The notes beneath the pieces were generated by a model. The model did not search any database, was not told where the DNA came from, and saw only the letters and a program-made list of their open reading frames with translations. The translations under genes were made by a program, and so were the position numbers. Of a stretch of 64,000 bases of DNA, positions 19,009 to 29,147 are shown piece by piece (position 1 is the stretch's first letter; every line of letters starts with the position of its first letter). The stretch is taken from assembly GCA_963719315.1 (NCBI GenBank), contig CAVRBU010000011.1, positions 64,001 through 128,000 of the forward strand, in the 5' to 3' direction. The DNA is from an uncultured Planctomycetota bacterium. GTDB taxonomy: Bacteria > Planctomycetota > Planctomycetia > Pirellulales > Lacipirellulaceae.

Positions 19009-19104
19009 GAGTTGAGAGTCGATAGTTGAGGGATGAGGGTTGAGCGCCAGCAAGCAGTGCGAACGCTGCCTCGAATCCCTAAATCCTCAACTCTAAACCC
19101 TCAT
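19009..19104. repeat. Heptamer inverted-repeat hairpin (GAGTTGA-like)
   Basis: GAGTTGAGAGTCGATAGTTGAGGGATGAGGGTTGAG ... CTCAACTCTAAACCCTCA. Confidence 0.7.
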
Positions 19105-19228
19105 CACCGCCCTTTTGTTGAATTCTGCCGATTATGCCGCCGATACCAAATGTATCGACCAGACCGTGTGCGCGCACTCTCGCTCTTTTCTCGCGCGTCG
19201 CGACGACTCAGGTCATTAGGGGGGGAAG

Positions 19229-19876
19229 ATGAAAAGCGCACTTTGTGTGCTCGCGCTAGCGGTGTTGTCCTCCGTTGGCTGCCGAGCGATGAATTCCAGA
19301 TGCGGTCAGCCGTGTTGCGATTCGGGCGGCTCTTGCTGTCAACCGTGCCATATGGCGATGCGAGAAAATGCGCCGCGACCGGGCGGATGTTGTGAAGGTT
19401 GTGCCGCCGAATCGTGCAGTCGCGGCGGCAACATGGAAGGCAATTACCCCGGCGGCGATTGCTGCTTCTTCGATCGCTACCACGGCCAAGGAGGCTGCCA
19501 GAGCTGCAACCAGGGTAGCGGCGCCGGTTATCCTAACGGCGAATACGATTGCTCGCCCTGCAACTCACCGGAATGGGGCTGCACCGGCTATCGCCATCCG
19601 CACGGCTACGTCGATGGCCGCGGCTGCCTTTGCCAGAACGGCCAGTGCGGACCGGGCCCGTATACGCGCTGCTCCCATTGCGGACGTAGTTACTGCGGCA
19701 CCGGTCCGACGCCGGGCTGCGACTGCTGCCCGTTCTGTGGTTGCGCCCCGTCGGGCGATCAGAACTACAACTTCAACCCGGGCCCGCCGGTCGCGCAGAC
19801 GGCCTATCCGTACTACACGCTCCGCGGACCGCGCGATTACTTGCTGAACAATCCGCCGAGCATCGGACCGTATTGA
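19229..19876 (+). CDS. Cys/Gly-rich putative lipoprotein
   Basis: Signal peptide with SSVGC lipobox-like site; about 30 Cys in 215 aa; C-terminal YPYYTLRGPRD. Confidence 0.75.
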   Translation: MKSALCVLALAVLSSVGCRAMNSRCGQPCCDSGGSCCQPCHMAMRENAPRPGGCCEGCAAESCSRGGNMEGNYPGGDCCFFDRYHGQGGCQSCNQGSGAGYPNGEYDCSPCNSPEWGCTGYRHPHGYVDGRGCLCQNGQCGPGPYTRCSHCGRSYCGTGPTPGCDCCPFCGCAPSGDQNYNFNPGPPVAQTAYPYYTLRGPRDYLLNNPPSIGPY

Positions 19877-19889
19877 TCTAGGGGGGAAG

Positions 19890-19940
19890 GCGGAGGGTGG
19901 AAGGGGGAGTAATCCCCATCCACCCTCTGCTTTGCTTTTT
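19890..19940 (+). terminator. Probable intrinsic terminator
   Basis: GCGGAGGGTGGA...TCCACCCTCTGC stem then TTTGCTTTTT, just after the stop codon. Confidence 0.6.
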
Positions 19941-19952
19941 GCTAAACAGCTC

Positions 19953-20050
19953 GGGTGCCATGCTCTCGCGAAGCGCGGACATACCCACGCTCGCGATCAA
20001 ACTTCCTCGCTTCGCGTGAGCATGCCGGCGCGAGCTACGGCCTGCCACCC
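19953..20050. repeat. 98-bp structured repeat element, copy 1
   Basis: Colinear with 58232-58329; GGGTGCCA...TGCCACCC ends. Confidence 0.85.
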
Positions 20051-20215
20051 ATACAATTCGACCGGCGCGAAAGGATTCGCGCTTCATCAGCCGCCATCGG
20101 CGCACGGACGCGCCAGGGCGGCTGGTTTTGTTGGGGTACTGAGGAGCGAGTGGCGAGGAGCGATGAGAGACCGGTCGTGGACCTTGCGGCACGCCGCGAG
20201 CATCAATTCGCTGTG

Positions 20216-20551
20216 TCAGGTTCCCAGCGACTCAATGGACTTGTGCTCCCATTTTTTTATCCACTCGCGAGCATCTTTCAATGTCGTTGGATACGGCACA
20301 ACAAGACCGCCATTTTGATCGTCGTAAATCGACTGAAACAGGAATCCGTGTTCGACAAGCAATCGCACCTTTTGCCATTGCTCATGATCATCAGCCTTCG
20401 GCGCCTTGAATTTTCGGGACACCTGAATCGCAGGATTGCCACAAATCGGGCAAGGTCGCCGATGATTCGATTCAAGCGGCCTCTTGAAGGCCTTTTGGCA
20501 TTCAAGGCAAACAAACGGGAACAGATATGTGGGACCGCTCGTCATACACAC
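20216..20551 (-). CDS. Small zinc-ribbon-like hypothetical protein
   Basis: CLEC and CPIC pairs; FKAPK...W motif; lower GC. Confidence 0.65.
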   Translation of the reverse strand: MCMTSGPTYLFPFVCLECQKAFKRPLESNHRRPCPICGNPAIQVSRKFKAPKADDHEQWQKVRLLVEHGFLFQSIYDDQNGGLVVPYPTTLKDAREWIKKWEHKSIESLGT

Positions 20552-20581
20552 CGTGACCTGCTCGGCGAAACCTGTTTGGCG

Positions 20582-21859
20582 CTACACGCCACCCGCAATC
20601 AGCGCAATATTCTGCCCGCCGAAGCCGAAGCTGTTGGTGAGGATCGTGCGGACCTGCTTGTCGCGGGCGGCGTTGGGGATGTAGTCGAGGTCGCACTGCG
20701 GGTCGGGTGTTTCGTAGTTGATCGTCGGCGGCACCACGCCGTCGCGGATCGCCATCAGGCTGATGATCAATTCCGTCGCCCCGGCGGCGGCGATCAGGTG
20801 GCCCGTCATGCTCTTCGTGCTGGAGACGGGCACTTTGTAGGCCACGTCGGCGCCGAGCGCTTCCTTGATCGCCAGTGACTCGACGCGGTCGTTCACTTGC
20901 GTACTGGTCCCGTGGGCATTGATGTAGTCGATGTCGGCCGGGTTCTTTTGGGCATCGCGGAGGGCCATCTTCATGCACGTGATCGCCCCACGGCCTTCGG
21001 GGTGTGTATCCGTGATGCGGAAGGCGTCGGCCGTGGTGCCGTAGCCGAGGATTTCGCCATACATCGGTGCGCCGCGTTTCTTGGCGTGCTCGTAATCTTC
21101 GAGGACCACGACAGCGGCGCCTTCGCCGAGGATGAAGCCGTCGCGGTTGAGGTCGAATGGGCGCGACGCCTTTCGGGGTGCCGCGTTGTTCTCGGAAAGG
21201 GCCGTCAGCAGATTGAAGCCCGTGACACCGAACGGATGGATCATGCTGTGAGCGCCGCCGGAGAGCATGACGTCGGCCTCGCCGCGGCGGATGATCTCGG
21301 TCGCCTCGCCGACGGCCTGGCTGCTGGCCGCGCAGGCGGTGAGGCAGTTGAAGTTCGGGCCTTCCGCGCCGAAATGCGTGGCGACGTAGGCCACCGGCAT
21401 ATTCGGTTCCTGTTCGAGCTCCAGTTGCGGGTCGAGACGCTTGAGACCTTCCTGGATGAACGCTGCCAAGTCCAGCTCGCCATCCTTGAGAGCGGCGACC
21501 ATCATGTGGCTGAAGTTGTAAAAATCCTGCTGCCCTTCGCCGGCGCCGAGATAAACGCCGAAGCGGTCGGGCTCGACCGTTCCCAATACGCCCGAGTCGT
21601 TCACCGCCTGCCGCGCCGCTCCGATCGCGAACTTCGTGTGGCGGCCACGCTTTTCCCATGCCTTGGGGTCTTCGCCAACGTCGGAGAGCGACCAATCGCG
21701 GACCTCGGCCGAAATACGGGTCGGAAAATTGCTGGCGTCGAACAGCGTCGTGTAATCGACGCCCGACTTGCCCTCTTTGAGGTTCGCCCACAACTGCGGC
21801 ACCGTGGCGCCCAGCGGCGTTACTACGCCCATGCCGGTTACAACGACTCGTCGTCTCAT
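20582..21859 (-). CDS. fabF: Beta-ketoacyl-ACP synthase II
   Basis: TACAAS, NAHGTST, KSMTGH and NSFGFGG motifs. Confidence 0.92.
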   Translation of the reverse strand: MRRRVVVTGMGVVTPLGATVPQLWANLKEGKSGVDYTTLFDASNFPTRISAEVRDWSLSDVGEDPKAWEKRGRHTKFAIGAARQAVNDSGVLGTVEPDRFGVYLGAGEGQQDFYNFSHMMVAALKDGELDLAAFIQEGLKRLDPQLELEQEPNMPVAYVATHFGAEGPNFNCLTACAASSQAVGEATEIIRRGEADVMLSGGAHSMIHPFGVTGFNLLTALSENNAAPRKASRPFDLNRDGFILGEGAAVVVLEDYEHAKKRGAPMYGEILGYGTTADAFRITDTHPEGRGAITCMKMALRDAQKNPADIDYINAHGTSTQVNDRVESLAIKEALGADVAYKVPVSSTKSMTGHLIAAAGATELIISLMAIRDGVVPPTINYETPDPQCDLDYIPNAARDKQVRTILTNSFGFGGQNIALIAGGV

Positions 21860-21875
21860 GTGATCACCTTGGTCA

Positions 21876-22416
21876 TTAAACCGCGTACTTCTCAAAAAAA
21901 TGGGGGTAATCTTCCAGTTTCAAACGTGTGCCGTCCGGTCGGACGCCGACGTTCGAAGACGCCGACGACGCGGATCCAGGCGCGGAGGTCGTCGGCGTTG
22001 AAGAGGACGCGACCGCGAGTATTCTCCGAAGAATCGGCATCGTAGCGGGCGAAGAAGATGTCAGCTTCGGAAAACGGCTGGCCGTCGATTTCGCCCGTCA
22101 CGGTCACCGACGCGCCGACATCTTTCGCCTGCTCGATTTTCGCATGGTAGCGAATCGTGTCGCCGGGCCGGGCTTCGCCTTCGATGCTGCACTTGGAGAA
22201 CTTCGCGAGGACCACCAGCTCACTGAACTTGTAGATCTCGCTCACCAACAGCCCGCCGCATTGGGCCATCCCCTCGGCCACCAGCGAGTTGGGCATGATC
22301 GGGTATTCGGGCCAATGCTCGTGCAGATGGTCTTCGCTGAGCGAGACGCATTTCACCGCGGTGGCGTGCGAGCCGCTGACGAACTCGGTAAAGCGGTCGA
22401 GCCAGAACCAACGCAT
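21876..22416 (-). CDS. FabZ/FabA-like hot-dog dehydratase (apparent frameshift near 21955)
   Basis: MRWFWLDRF and HWPEYPIMPNSLVAEGMAQ; shifted frame ends ...RLKLEDYPHFFEKYAV*. Confidence 0.8.
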
Positions 22417-22458
22417 GGGTGTTGTTACCGCATCAATTCAAATCGGCCACAGAAAATG

Positions 22459-22562
22459 ATTTGTCATTGGTAATTTGTCATTTGAAATTGGCCATTTCGG
22501 AACTGCACTACCAGGCGCTCTGAAATGACCAAATCACCATTTCAAATTTGCAATGACCAATT
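22459..22562. repeat. Short-period inverted-repeat hairpin (TTGGTCAT-like)
   Basis: ATTTGTCATTGGTAATTTGTCATTTG ... AAATGACCAAAT...CAATGACCAAT. Confidence 0.65.
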
Positions 22563-22567
22563 TCCCA

Positions 22568-22963
22568 TTACGCGGCAAGCTTGTGCTCGACGAAATTGCA
22601 CATATCCTGCACGGTGAGCTGCTTGCCGAGGTTTTGCACGCTTGGGTCGGCCGCGAACCCAGACAAGTCGGCAAACGGCATCCGTTCTTTGAGCTTGGCG
22701 AGGCCGGCGGCGTTGACTTTGCCTTCCTCGACGTATTCGGTGTTCGTGAGGATGTCTTCCGGAAAGAGCTCGCCGCGCTCGATCTTGATTCCGAACGCTT
22801 TTTCCAGGCGAAACACGATGTCGAGAAAGTCGATCGACTCGGCGCCCAGGTCGCCTTGCAGTGTGGCTTTGGGCGTGACCTCTTCCTCATCCACACCCAG
22901 CGCATCGACGAGCGCCTCTTGCACCTTGGTGAAAATCTCTGATTTCGACGATACCGTGGACAT
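22568..22963 (-). CDS. Acyl carrier protein (long planctomycete type)
   Basis: DLGAESIDFLDI phosphopantetheine motif. Confidence 0.9.
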   Translation of the reverse strand: MSTVSSKSEIFTKVQEALVDALGVDEEEVTPKATLQGDLGAESIDFLDIVFRLEKAFGIKIERGELFPEDILTNTEYVEEGKVNAAGLAKLKERMPFADLSGFAADPSVQNLGKQLTVQDMCNFVEHKLAA

Positions 22964-23004
22964 CGCAGTATGTTCCTCCGAATAGGTTTTCGCTCACCGC
23001 CTTG

Positions 23005-23496
23005 CTATCGGGCGGAGGCTGCCAACGCCGCGGGCAGAATCAACTTCTGCATACGGCGGAAATTGTTCGTGATCTTTTCGTCGATATCGCGGAGCGTCGG
23101 GTCGCGGTCGACAAGGTTGTAACGTTGCAGGACGATGCGACCGCTCAGGGTTTGGCGGTCGCCGATCTGGCCATCGACTTTGAACGTGGCCAGACGGTCG
23201 TCCTTTTTTAACATCGACACCGTGATATCCAGCGATTGCCCGGGTCCCACGAAGTCGGCGTACTTTATGTTCTTGGCTTCCTTTAACGAGATTACGCTAT
23301 GGGCAAAGTCTTCGCTAAGTCTCAAAAGCCACGCGCCAGCTTGCGTGGCAGCTTCTAGCATAAACACGCCCGGCAGCACGGGGAACTCCGGGAAGTGGTC
23401 GCCCAAATATTCTTCAGTGAGCGTGACGTTTTTGACGGCCGCTAGCTCGACATCCGGCTCGAATGATCGGATTTTATCGAGCATCCAAAAACGCAT
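23005..23496 (-). CDS. FabZ-like 3-hydroxyacyl-ACP dehydratase
   Basis: DHFPEFPVLPGVFMLEA motif. Confidence 0.88.
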   Translation of the reverse strand: MRFWMLDKIRSFEPDVELAAVKNVTLTEEYLGDHFPEFPVLPGVFMLEAATQAGAWLLRLSEDFAHSVISLKEAKNIKYADFVGPGQSLDITVSMLKKDDRLATFKVDGQIGDRQTLSGRIVLQRYNLVDRDPTLRDIDEKITNNFRRMQKLILPAALAASAR

Positions 23497-23733
23497 GGCT
23501 TCAAAAATGCGGTTAAATTCGCCTCGAAAAAGTCCAACTCGAACGGTCCGAAGGAGCCAATCTCAGCCAGGCCGCTCCCCGCTGCCAGCTAAATCTACTC
23601 CCAATGTGGAACGGTGGTTTGGGGGGAATAGCGAACTACGGATTATAACCGGCTGGCTGGGAGGCTTCAACAGTCGTTTCTGTCGCACGGTTTAGGGGAA
23701 AGGCCCGGGTCGGGCAAGGCGGGAAAGTGAATC

Positions 23734-23806
23734 GGGGGGCTGGGGTCGAGCCGAAGGCGAGCCCCCAGTGCAATTGGAGGATCGCTGCGCTCGACCCCAG
23801 CCACCC
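23734..23806. repeat. REP doublet (GGGTGGCTGGGGTCGAG family)
   Basis: GGCTGGGGTCGAGC ... GCTCGACCCCAGCC inverted arms just downstream of sufS. Confidence 0.75.
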
Positions 23807-23810
23807 TTCG

Positions 23811-25126
23811 TTACACGGCACGCGACCGCTTTCGGCCCTTAGGCCGGAACCTTTCGCGGATTTGGCCCACCACTTCCACCAGCAGGTCAACTTCCGCCGG
23901 CGTGTTGTAGAGATAAAAGCTCGCCCGGGTGCTAGCGGTGATTCCCAGCCGATCGTGCAGCGGTTGCGTGCAATGGTGGCCGGCGCGAACGGCGATGCCC
24001 TGCTCGTCGAGTAATTGGGCGATGTCGTGCGCATGTGGCTCGGGCAGCGTGAAGCTCACCAGGCCGGCGCGATGATCGGCGCGGGCCCGAGGATATGCAG
24101 TCCGTCGATTCCAAGAAGCCGTTCGTAGGCGTACCGGCACAACTCATGTTCGTGCCGCGCCACTTTTTCAAGGCCGATGAGTTTGAGGTAGTCGATCGCC
24201 GCGCCCAGCGCGATGGCCGGTGCGATCGGCGGCGTGCCGGCTTCGAACTTGGCCGGCAACTCCGCCGACGTAAAGTGATCGGGCCACACCCGGTTAATCA
24301 TGCTGCCGCCGCCCATGAAGGGCGGCGTGGCGTCGAGCAACTCCTCGCGGCCATACAGCACTCCGATGCCAGTCGGCGCGAGCATCTTGTGGCCGCTGAA
24401 AGCCAGAAAGTCGGCGCCCAGTTCGCGCACATTTGTCGGCAAGTGCGGCACGCTTTGAGCTGCGTCCACCAACACAACCGCCCCGGCCGCATGCGCCCGG
24501 CGGGCAATTTCCTTGACTGGGTTAATCGTGCCGAGAACATTCGAAACCGAGGCAACAGCGACAATCTTGGTGCGGCTGGTAAGGAGCGAATCTAGCGCGT
24601 CGAGAATCAACAGGCCATCATCCGTAATCGGAATATGTTTCAGCACCGCTCCACTTCGCTCGGCTAGCTGCTGCCACGGCACCAGATTCGAATGGTGCTC
24701 CATCGTGGTGACGAGGATTTCGTCGCCCGCGCGCACGTTCGCGTCGCCCCAACTGCGGGCCACGAGGTTCATGCCGGCCGTCGTGCCAGAAGTAAAAATG
24801 ATCTCCAGCGCCTTCTCGGCGCCTACGAATGCGCGGACTGTTTCACGCGCCTCTTCGTACTGCTCGGTGCTGCGTTCGCTCAGCGTATGGATGCCGCGAT
24901 GCACGTTCGCATAATCGCGCTCATACACGCGGCGTAACACATCAATCACCTGCCGCGGCCGCTGCGTGCTGGCCGCGTTGTCGAGAAATACGAGAGGGTG
25001 ATCGCCGTGGACCACCTGCTGCAGAATCGGAAAGTCGTCGCGCAACGACGGCGGAAGCAACTTCGAGTAGTCGATACCCGCAGTAGATTTCTCAGACGCT
25101 CGGCCAATTGAATCAATAGCGGTCAC
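23811..25126 (-). CDS. sufS: Cysteine desulfurase SufS (frameshift near 24075)
   Basis: LDNAAST, EHHSN, SGHKM, FEAGTP and RAGHHC motifs across two ORFs. Confidence 0.9.
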
Positions 25127-25159
25127 GTGCACCTGCCAATGTGGCCCGTGAAGGCCAAT

Positions 25160-25248
25160 GATTGCAGATTGCAAAATGCAAATTGAAAAGTGCAAAATTG
25201 GAAGTCTGCAATTTTCATTTTGCAATTCTCAATTTGCATTTTTCAATC
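25160..25248. repeat. Heptamer inverted-repeat hairpin (AATTGCA/TGCAATT)
   Basis: About six units per arm between sufU and sufS; half-copies at 39717-39742 and 48486-48526. Confidence 0.8.
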
Positions 25249-25250
25249 TC

Positions 25251-25655
25251 CTACGGCACTTTCCCATCTTTGCCCACCGGCGAGTGCACCGCCGATTGCA
25301 GTACCTTCCAAGAGAGCAAGCAACACTTCTGCCGGTTCGGGGTCAGGCGGGCGCCGTACAGTACCAGCATGTCTTTGGCCGAGAACTGTTTGGCGTCTTC
25401 GACCGTTTTCCCCTGCATTTTTTCGAGCAACATCGAAGCCGACGCCTGGCTGATGACGCAGCCCTGCCCCGTGAAATAGGCGTCGCAAATTTTGCCGTCT
25501 TCGCCCAATGCCAACTCGATCCGCACCACATCGCCGCAGAGCGGGTTGTTGTCTTCGTGGGCGTGCGTCGCAGTCGGCAGGTGCCCACGATGGAACGGGT
25601 CCTCGTAATGGTCGAGGATGTGTTCCTGGTAGAGCTCTTCTTCGTCGAGGGGCAT
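25251..25655 (-). CDS. sufU: SufU/IscU-like Fe-S scaffold or sulfur acceptor
   Basis: NPLCGD, GCVISQASAS and RQKC motifs; adjacent to sufS. Confidence 0.88.
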   Translation of the reverse strand: MPLDEEELYQEHILDHYEDPFHRGHLPTATHAHEDNNPLCGDVVRIELALGEDGKICDAYFTGQGCVISQASASMLLEKMQGKTVEDAKQFSAKDMLVLYGARLTPNRQKCCLLSWKVLQSAVHSPVGKDGKVP

Positions 25656-25867
25656 CGGCTTGTGCAAACGGGAAAACTGCAGTATCGCCATAAGGTAGTT
25701 TACGTTTGTTGGCATACAGCGACAACGGGCTGCGATGAGTGGCGACATACTGTGTTTAGGACACGAGAAAAAACTTGCCGTTCGCCAACCAGCATGTTAT
25801 TCTTAAAACCTCTTTTTTGCTGCTCTATCGAGTTTTCTGGGTCATTAATGGTATAAGGGGCGAAGTG

Positions 25868-28199
25868 ATGAACGCTCGGCCAATCACGTGGCGAGTTGCA
25901 GCGGTTTCGATGATTGTCGTAGCGGTTTGTTTCTGCTCGGCGGCTGACGCGCAGCGCAACAAGTCGAAGTATAAAACGGGCGACCGAGTCGAAGTGAAAG
26001 ACGGTTTCGACTGGAAGCCAGCCACGGTCGTCAGCGTCGACAGTTTTTCAGGGTGGGTCGAAGCGCGCCCCGATTTGCCGCCCGGCACGGCACAATTTCG
26101 GGGTCCGGGGAAGGGGCGAAAGTTTCCGCCAAGCAGCGTTCGGGCCGGCAGCGCGGTCCTTGGCGATACGACAGCGCAATCCACGCCGGACCGGCCGATG
26201 CGCAAGTGGTCGGACAAGACAGGCAAATTCAGTATCGATGCGCGCTATCAAGAAACGAATGGCGACAAGGTCGCGCTCGTGAAGGCGGATGGCAATCGGA
26301 TCGAAGTTCCGATCGCAAAGCTTTCGGACGAAGATAACCGATACCTGAAAGAATTGAACGATGCAGCCGAAAGTCCGTTCCAGGAAGTAGGCGGAGCGTC
26401 TTCGGCCGCTGCCCCAGGCGCCTCGCCAAGTCCGTCCGCGCAAGTAAATGCTAAGAAGGCGAATTGGAACGGCGCGAAGTTGGTTCAACCGCAAACTTTC
26501 AAGAATTGGAGTTTCACGCCGCCGGCGCCGAAAGGACAGGTACTGCCGTCTTCAAGTATTGGTGACGCCAACGTCACGTTGACCGACATTCCCGATTCGC
26601 AAAAGTTCTTTGAGGATATAGAAGGCATCTATGCCTCAAGCGACGGGAATCGCGTGGTAGTCTGCCGGAATAAGGGAGAGGTATCGCAAGACAAGGAGTT
26701 GTACCTGGAAATCGTCAACGTCGGGAAACGGCAGGCCGGCGGCTTGATCCAGTTGCCCGATACGACGCTCGCGCTCGACGTGAATGCCGACGCCACCCTG
26801 ATCATGTTGCGCCCGGCCGTATTTGGTTCCGGCGAAAACGGGATGCTGACCATCGCCCGGTTCGACGCCGGCAGAGTGACGCCGGTGCAGCAATGGGAAC
26901 CTTATTCCGAAGAAGATTTTGCGCCGTCACGTGACATCGATAAAGCGTGGTTCCTCAGTGAAAACCGCGTTATGACGATCAACGGTCATGGCAGGGCGCT
27001 CACGATCTGGGATGTGGAGTCCTGCAAAGCACTTATCAACATCCCAGTCGGCGTTTCGTTCGCTTTGCAACTTTCACTGAGCCCGGACCGCCAACTTCTG
27101 GCCGTGATTATGAGCGAGGGGATTGCCATCATCGACGTGGCTGCCGGGCGCCACGTCGCGACGGTTCCCACGCAGGGACGTCGCTACACCAAGGTGGCGA
27201 TCCGCAACGATAACACGAAGCTGGCCGGCCTGTCGGACGAGGGTGTTACCGTGTGGAACCTTTCGGACGGAAAAGTCATGAGCGAGTTTTACACCACATC
27301 ATTGGGGTGGCACACCGGATTGCAATGGACCGGCGACTACCTGCTGGCCGATAGCAAATACCTGTTCGACGTCGAGCGTCGCATCCTACTCTGGGAGTAT
27401 CAGGATCCACCAGGCACCGGCGTCACGGCCGAACTCCAAAACGGGCGACTCTACGCCGTTGCCAAACCAAGCAGCGACAAGGGCAATATCACACTAGTCT
27501 CGGCGGCCATTCCCAATGAGGCGGCTATCGAGCAAGCGAAGAGTTTGCCCCCCGCCGAGGCGCTGCTCGTCGTCAAGCCGGGCGATCCAGTCTCGATCGA
27601 GGTGGATATCGACCCCAGCGTTAATCTGGCGGATGAAATTCAGAAGGCGCAGGACGCTAAAGCCAAAAAAGCAAACGGGCAGGACAAGGACGAAAAGATC
27701 GTCTATTTGAATCCGAACGGCGCAAAACGACGTCATTCGGCAAATTCTTACCAACGCTTTGGAAACCGCTGGCTTGAAAGTTGTTGAACACGCGGACCTG
27801 AAAGTGAAGGCGGTCTGCAAGCCGCAGCCCCCGCAAACCATCCGCATTCGAGTCGACAATCGCTTTCCGCCCCGCCCCGAAGACATCCAAGAACGCTCGA
27901 TAACGCCTCACGCGACCTACTTGGAAATGTCGCTCAAGGACGAGGTGTTGTGGAAACGCGGGTTTGTTGCCCAGCCTCACATGACCATTTGGATGCAAGA
28001 GGGAGAAACCCTCGACCAGGCTCTGGAGCGCATGACGAAACCCAATGTTGCGCTGCTGACAAATGCAAGATTCAGCCCGTATGTGGCCCAGCCTGGTAAG
28101 GCTACGCCCAACGGTGCCTACGGTGTTTCTCAGTTCACGACACACGGCTTGGTCAACGGTAAATCGTCGACCGGTAAAGTTCGTACGTCGTTTGAGTGA
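25868..28199 (+). CDS. Secreted SHD1-domain beta-propeller-like protein (frameshift near 27725)
   Basis: Signal peptide; RKWSDKTGKFSIDA...LSDED (SHD1); WD-like repeats; continues into ORF 27759-28199. Confidence 0.75.
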
Positions 28200-28211
28200 G
28201 CATTTTCGAGG

Positions 28212-28967
28212 CTAGTGGCCGGCTGAAAGGCTGATCGCTGCGGCCAGCGCGATCGCGGCCGTTTCGACGCGCAGGATCCGCGGCCCGAGTGAGACCTGCT
28301 GCCAACCGGCGGCAGTGGCGGCCGCGACTTCGGCGTCCGTCAGTCCACCTTCAGGGCCGATTGCGAGCTGTGTCGGGAGCGGTTCGCAGAGGTTGAACTC
28401 TTGTAGGGGTTGGCCACTGGGATGCGCCAAAAGGCGACGCCGCGCCGCTGGGGGCTCGCTGACCACGGCGGCCGTGGTGCCCGTCAACCCCGGCCACCCG
28501 GGTGCGATCCATTCGTTCCAGGTTTGCTGTGTGGCGATTCGCATCAGGCGATTGCGCCCGCATTGCTTGGCCGCTTCGATCACACTTCGGCTCAATCGCT
28601 CCGCGGCGCTATTTGTTGGCTGGGCGACGCCGCGCTCGGTGACGAGCGGCACGAGTGTCGCCACGCCGAGCTCCGTCAGTTTTTCCACCATCCACTTCTG
28701 CCGATCCCCCTTCGGCAGCGCGACACCGATCGCGAGCGTAAACGGCAATTCGCGGTTCACTTCCCGGCGTTCGACGATTCGCACCACGGCATCGGCGCGG
28801 CGCACCGATTCGACAACCGCCTCGAACTCCGCGCCCGAATTGTCGAAGAGCGTCACCGGCGCCCCCGCCGCCGCCCGCATCACGTGCAACAGATGATGCG
28901 CTTCGGGTCCATCGAGCGTGATGCGCTCGGTGGTAATTGGTTGCGAGGAGAAGAAGCGGTCGGACAT
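28212..28967 (-). CDS. rsmE: 16S rRNA m3U1498 methyltransferase
   Basis: HHLLHVMR, EKLTELG, IGPEGG and LGPRILRVETA motifs. Confidence 0.95.
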   Translation of the reverse strand: MSDRFFSSQPITTERITLDGPEAHHLLHVMRAAAGAPVTLFDNSGAEFEAVVESVRRADAVVRIVERREVNRELPFTLAIGVALPKGDRQKWMVEKLTELGVATLVPLVTERGVAQPTNSAAERLSRSVIEAAKQCGRNRLMRIATQQTWNEWIAPGWPGLTGTTAAVVSEPPAARRRLLAHPSGQPLQEFNLCEPLPTQLAIGPEGGLTDAEVAAATAAGWQQVSLGPRILRVETAAIALAAAISLSAGH

Positions 28968-28973
28968 GAGAGG

Positions 28974-29050
28974 GCTCTCGGCAGTCAGCTATCAGCTATC
29001 GGCCAGACTGCTCGATTCTAGCCGATAGTCGATAGCCAACGGCCGACAGC
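28974..29050. repeat. Heptamer inverted-repeat hairpin (GCTATCR)
   Basis: GCTCTCG GCAGTCA GCTATCA GCTATCG GC ... GCCGATAGTCGATAGCCAACGGCCGACAGC. Confidence 0.75.
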
Positions 29051-29147
29051 TAGCACAGTCATTAAAGTGCGAGCAACGAATCCGCCGACGATGACGAAAT
29101 AGCAAGACTATCGATTCGTTTCGCAACATGGGCCGGAAAGACGCAAT

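Noticed and set aside
15646..19876. RiPP cluster (radical SAM, ABC exporter, Cys-rich precursor)
   Set aside because: The radical SAM is short and COG0731-like with no SPASM or RRE region, the exporter has no peptidase domain, and the Cys-rich protein is long, signal-peptide-bearing and divergently transcribed.
23811..25126. Programmed frameshift or pseudogene in sufS and the other split genes
   Set aside because: No slippery-site signature was seen and the pattern fits sequencing indels; only the prfB site at 55288-55294 matches a known programmed shift.
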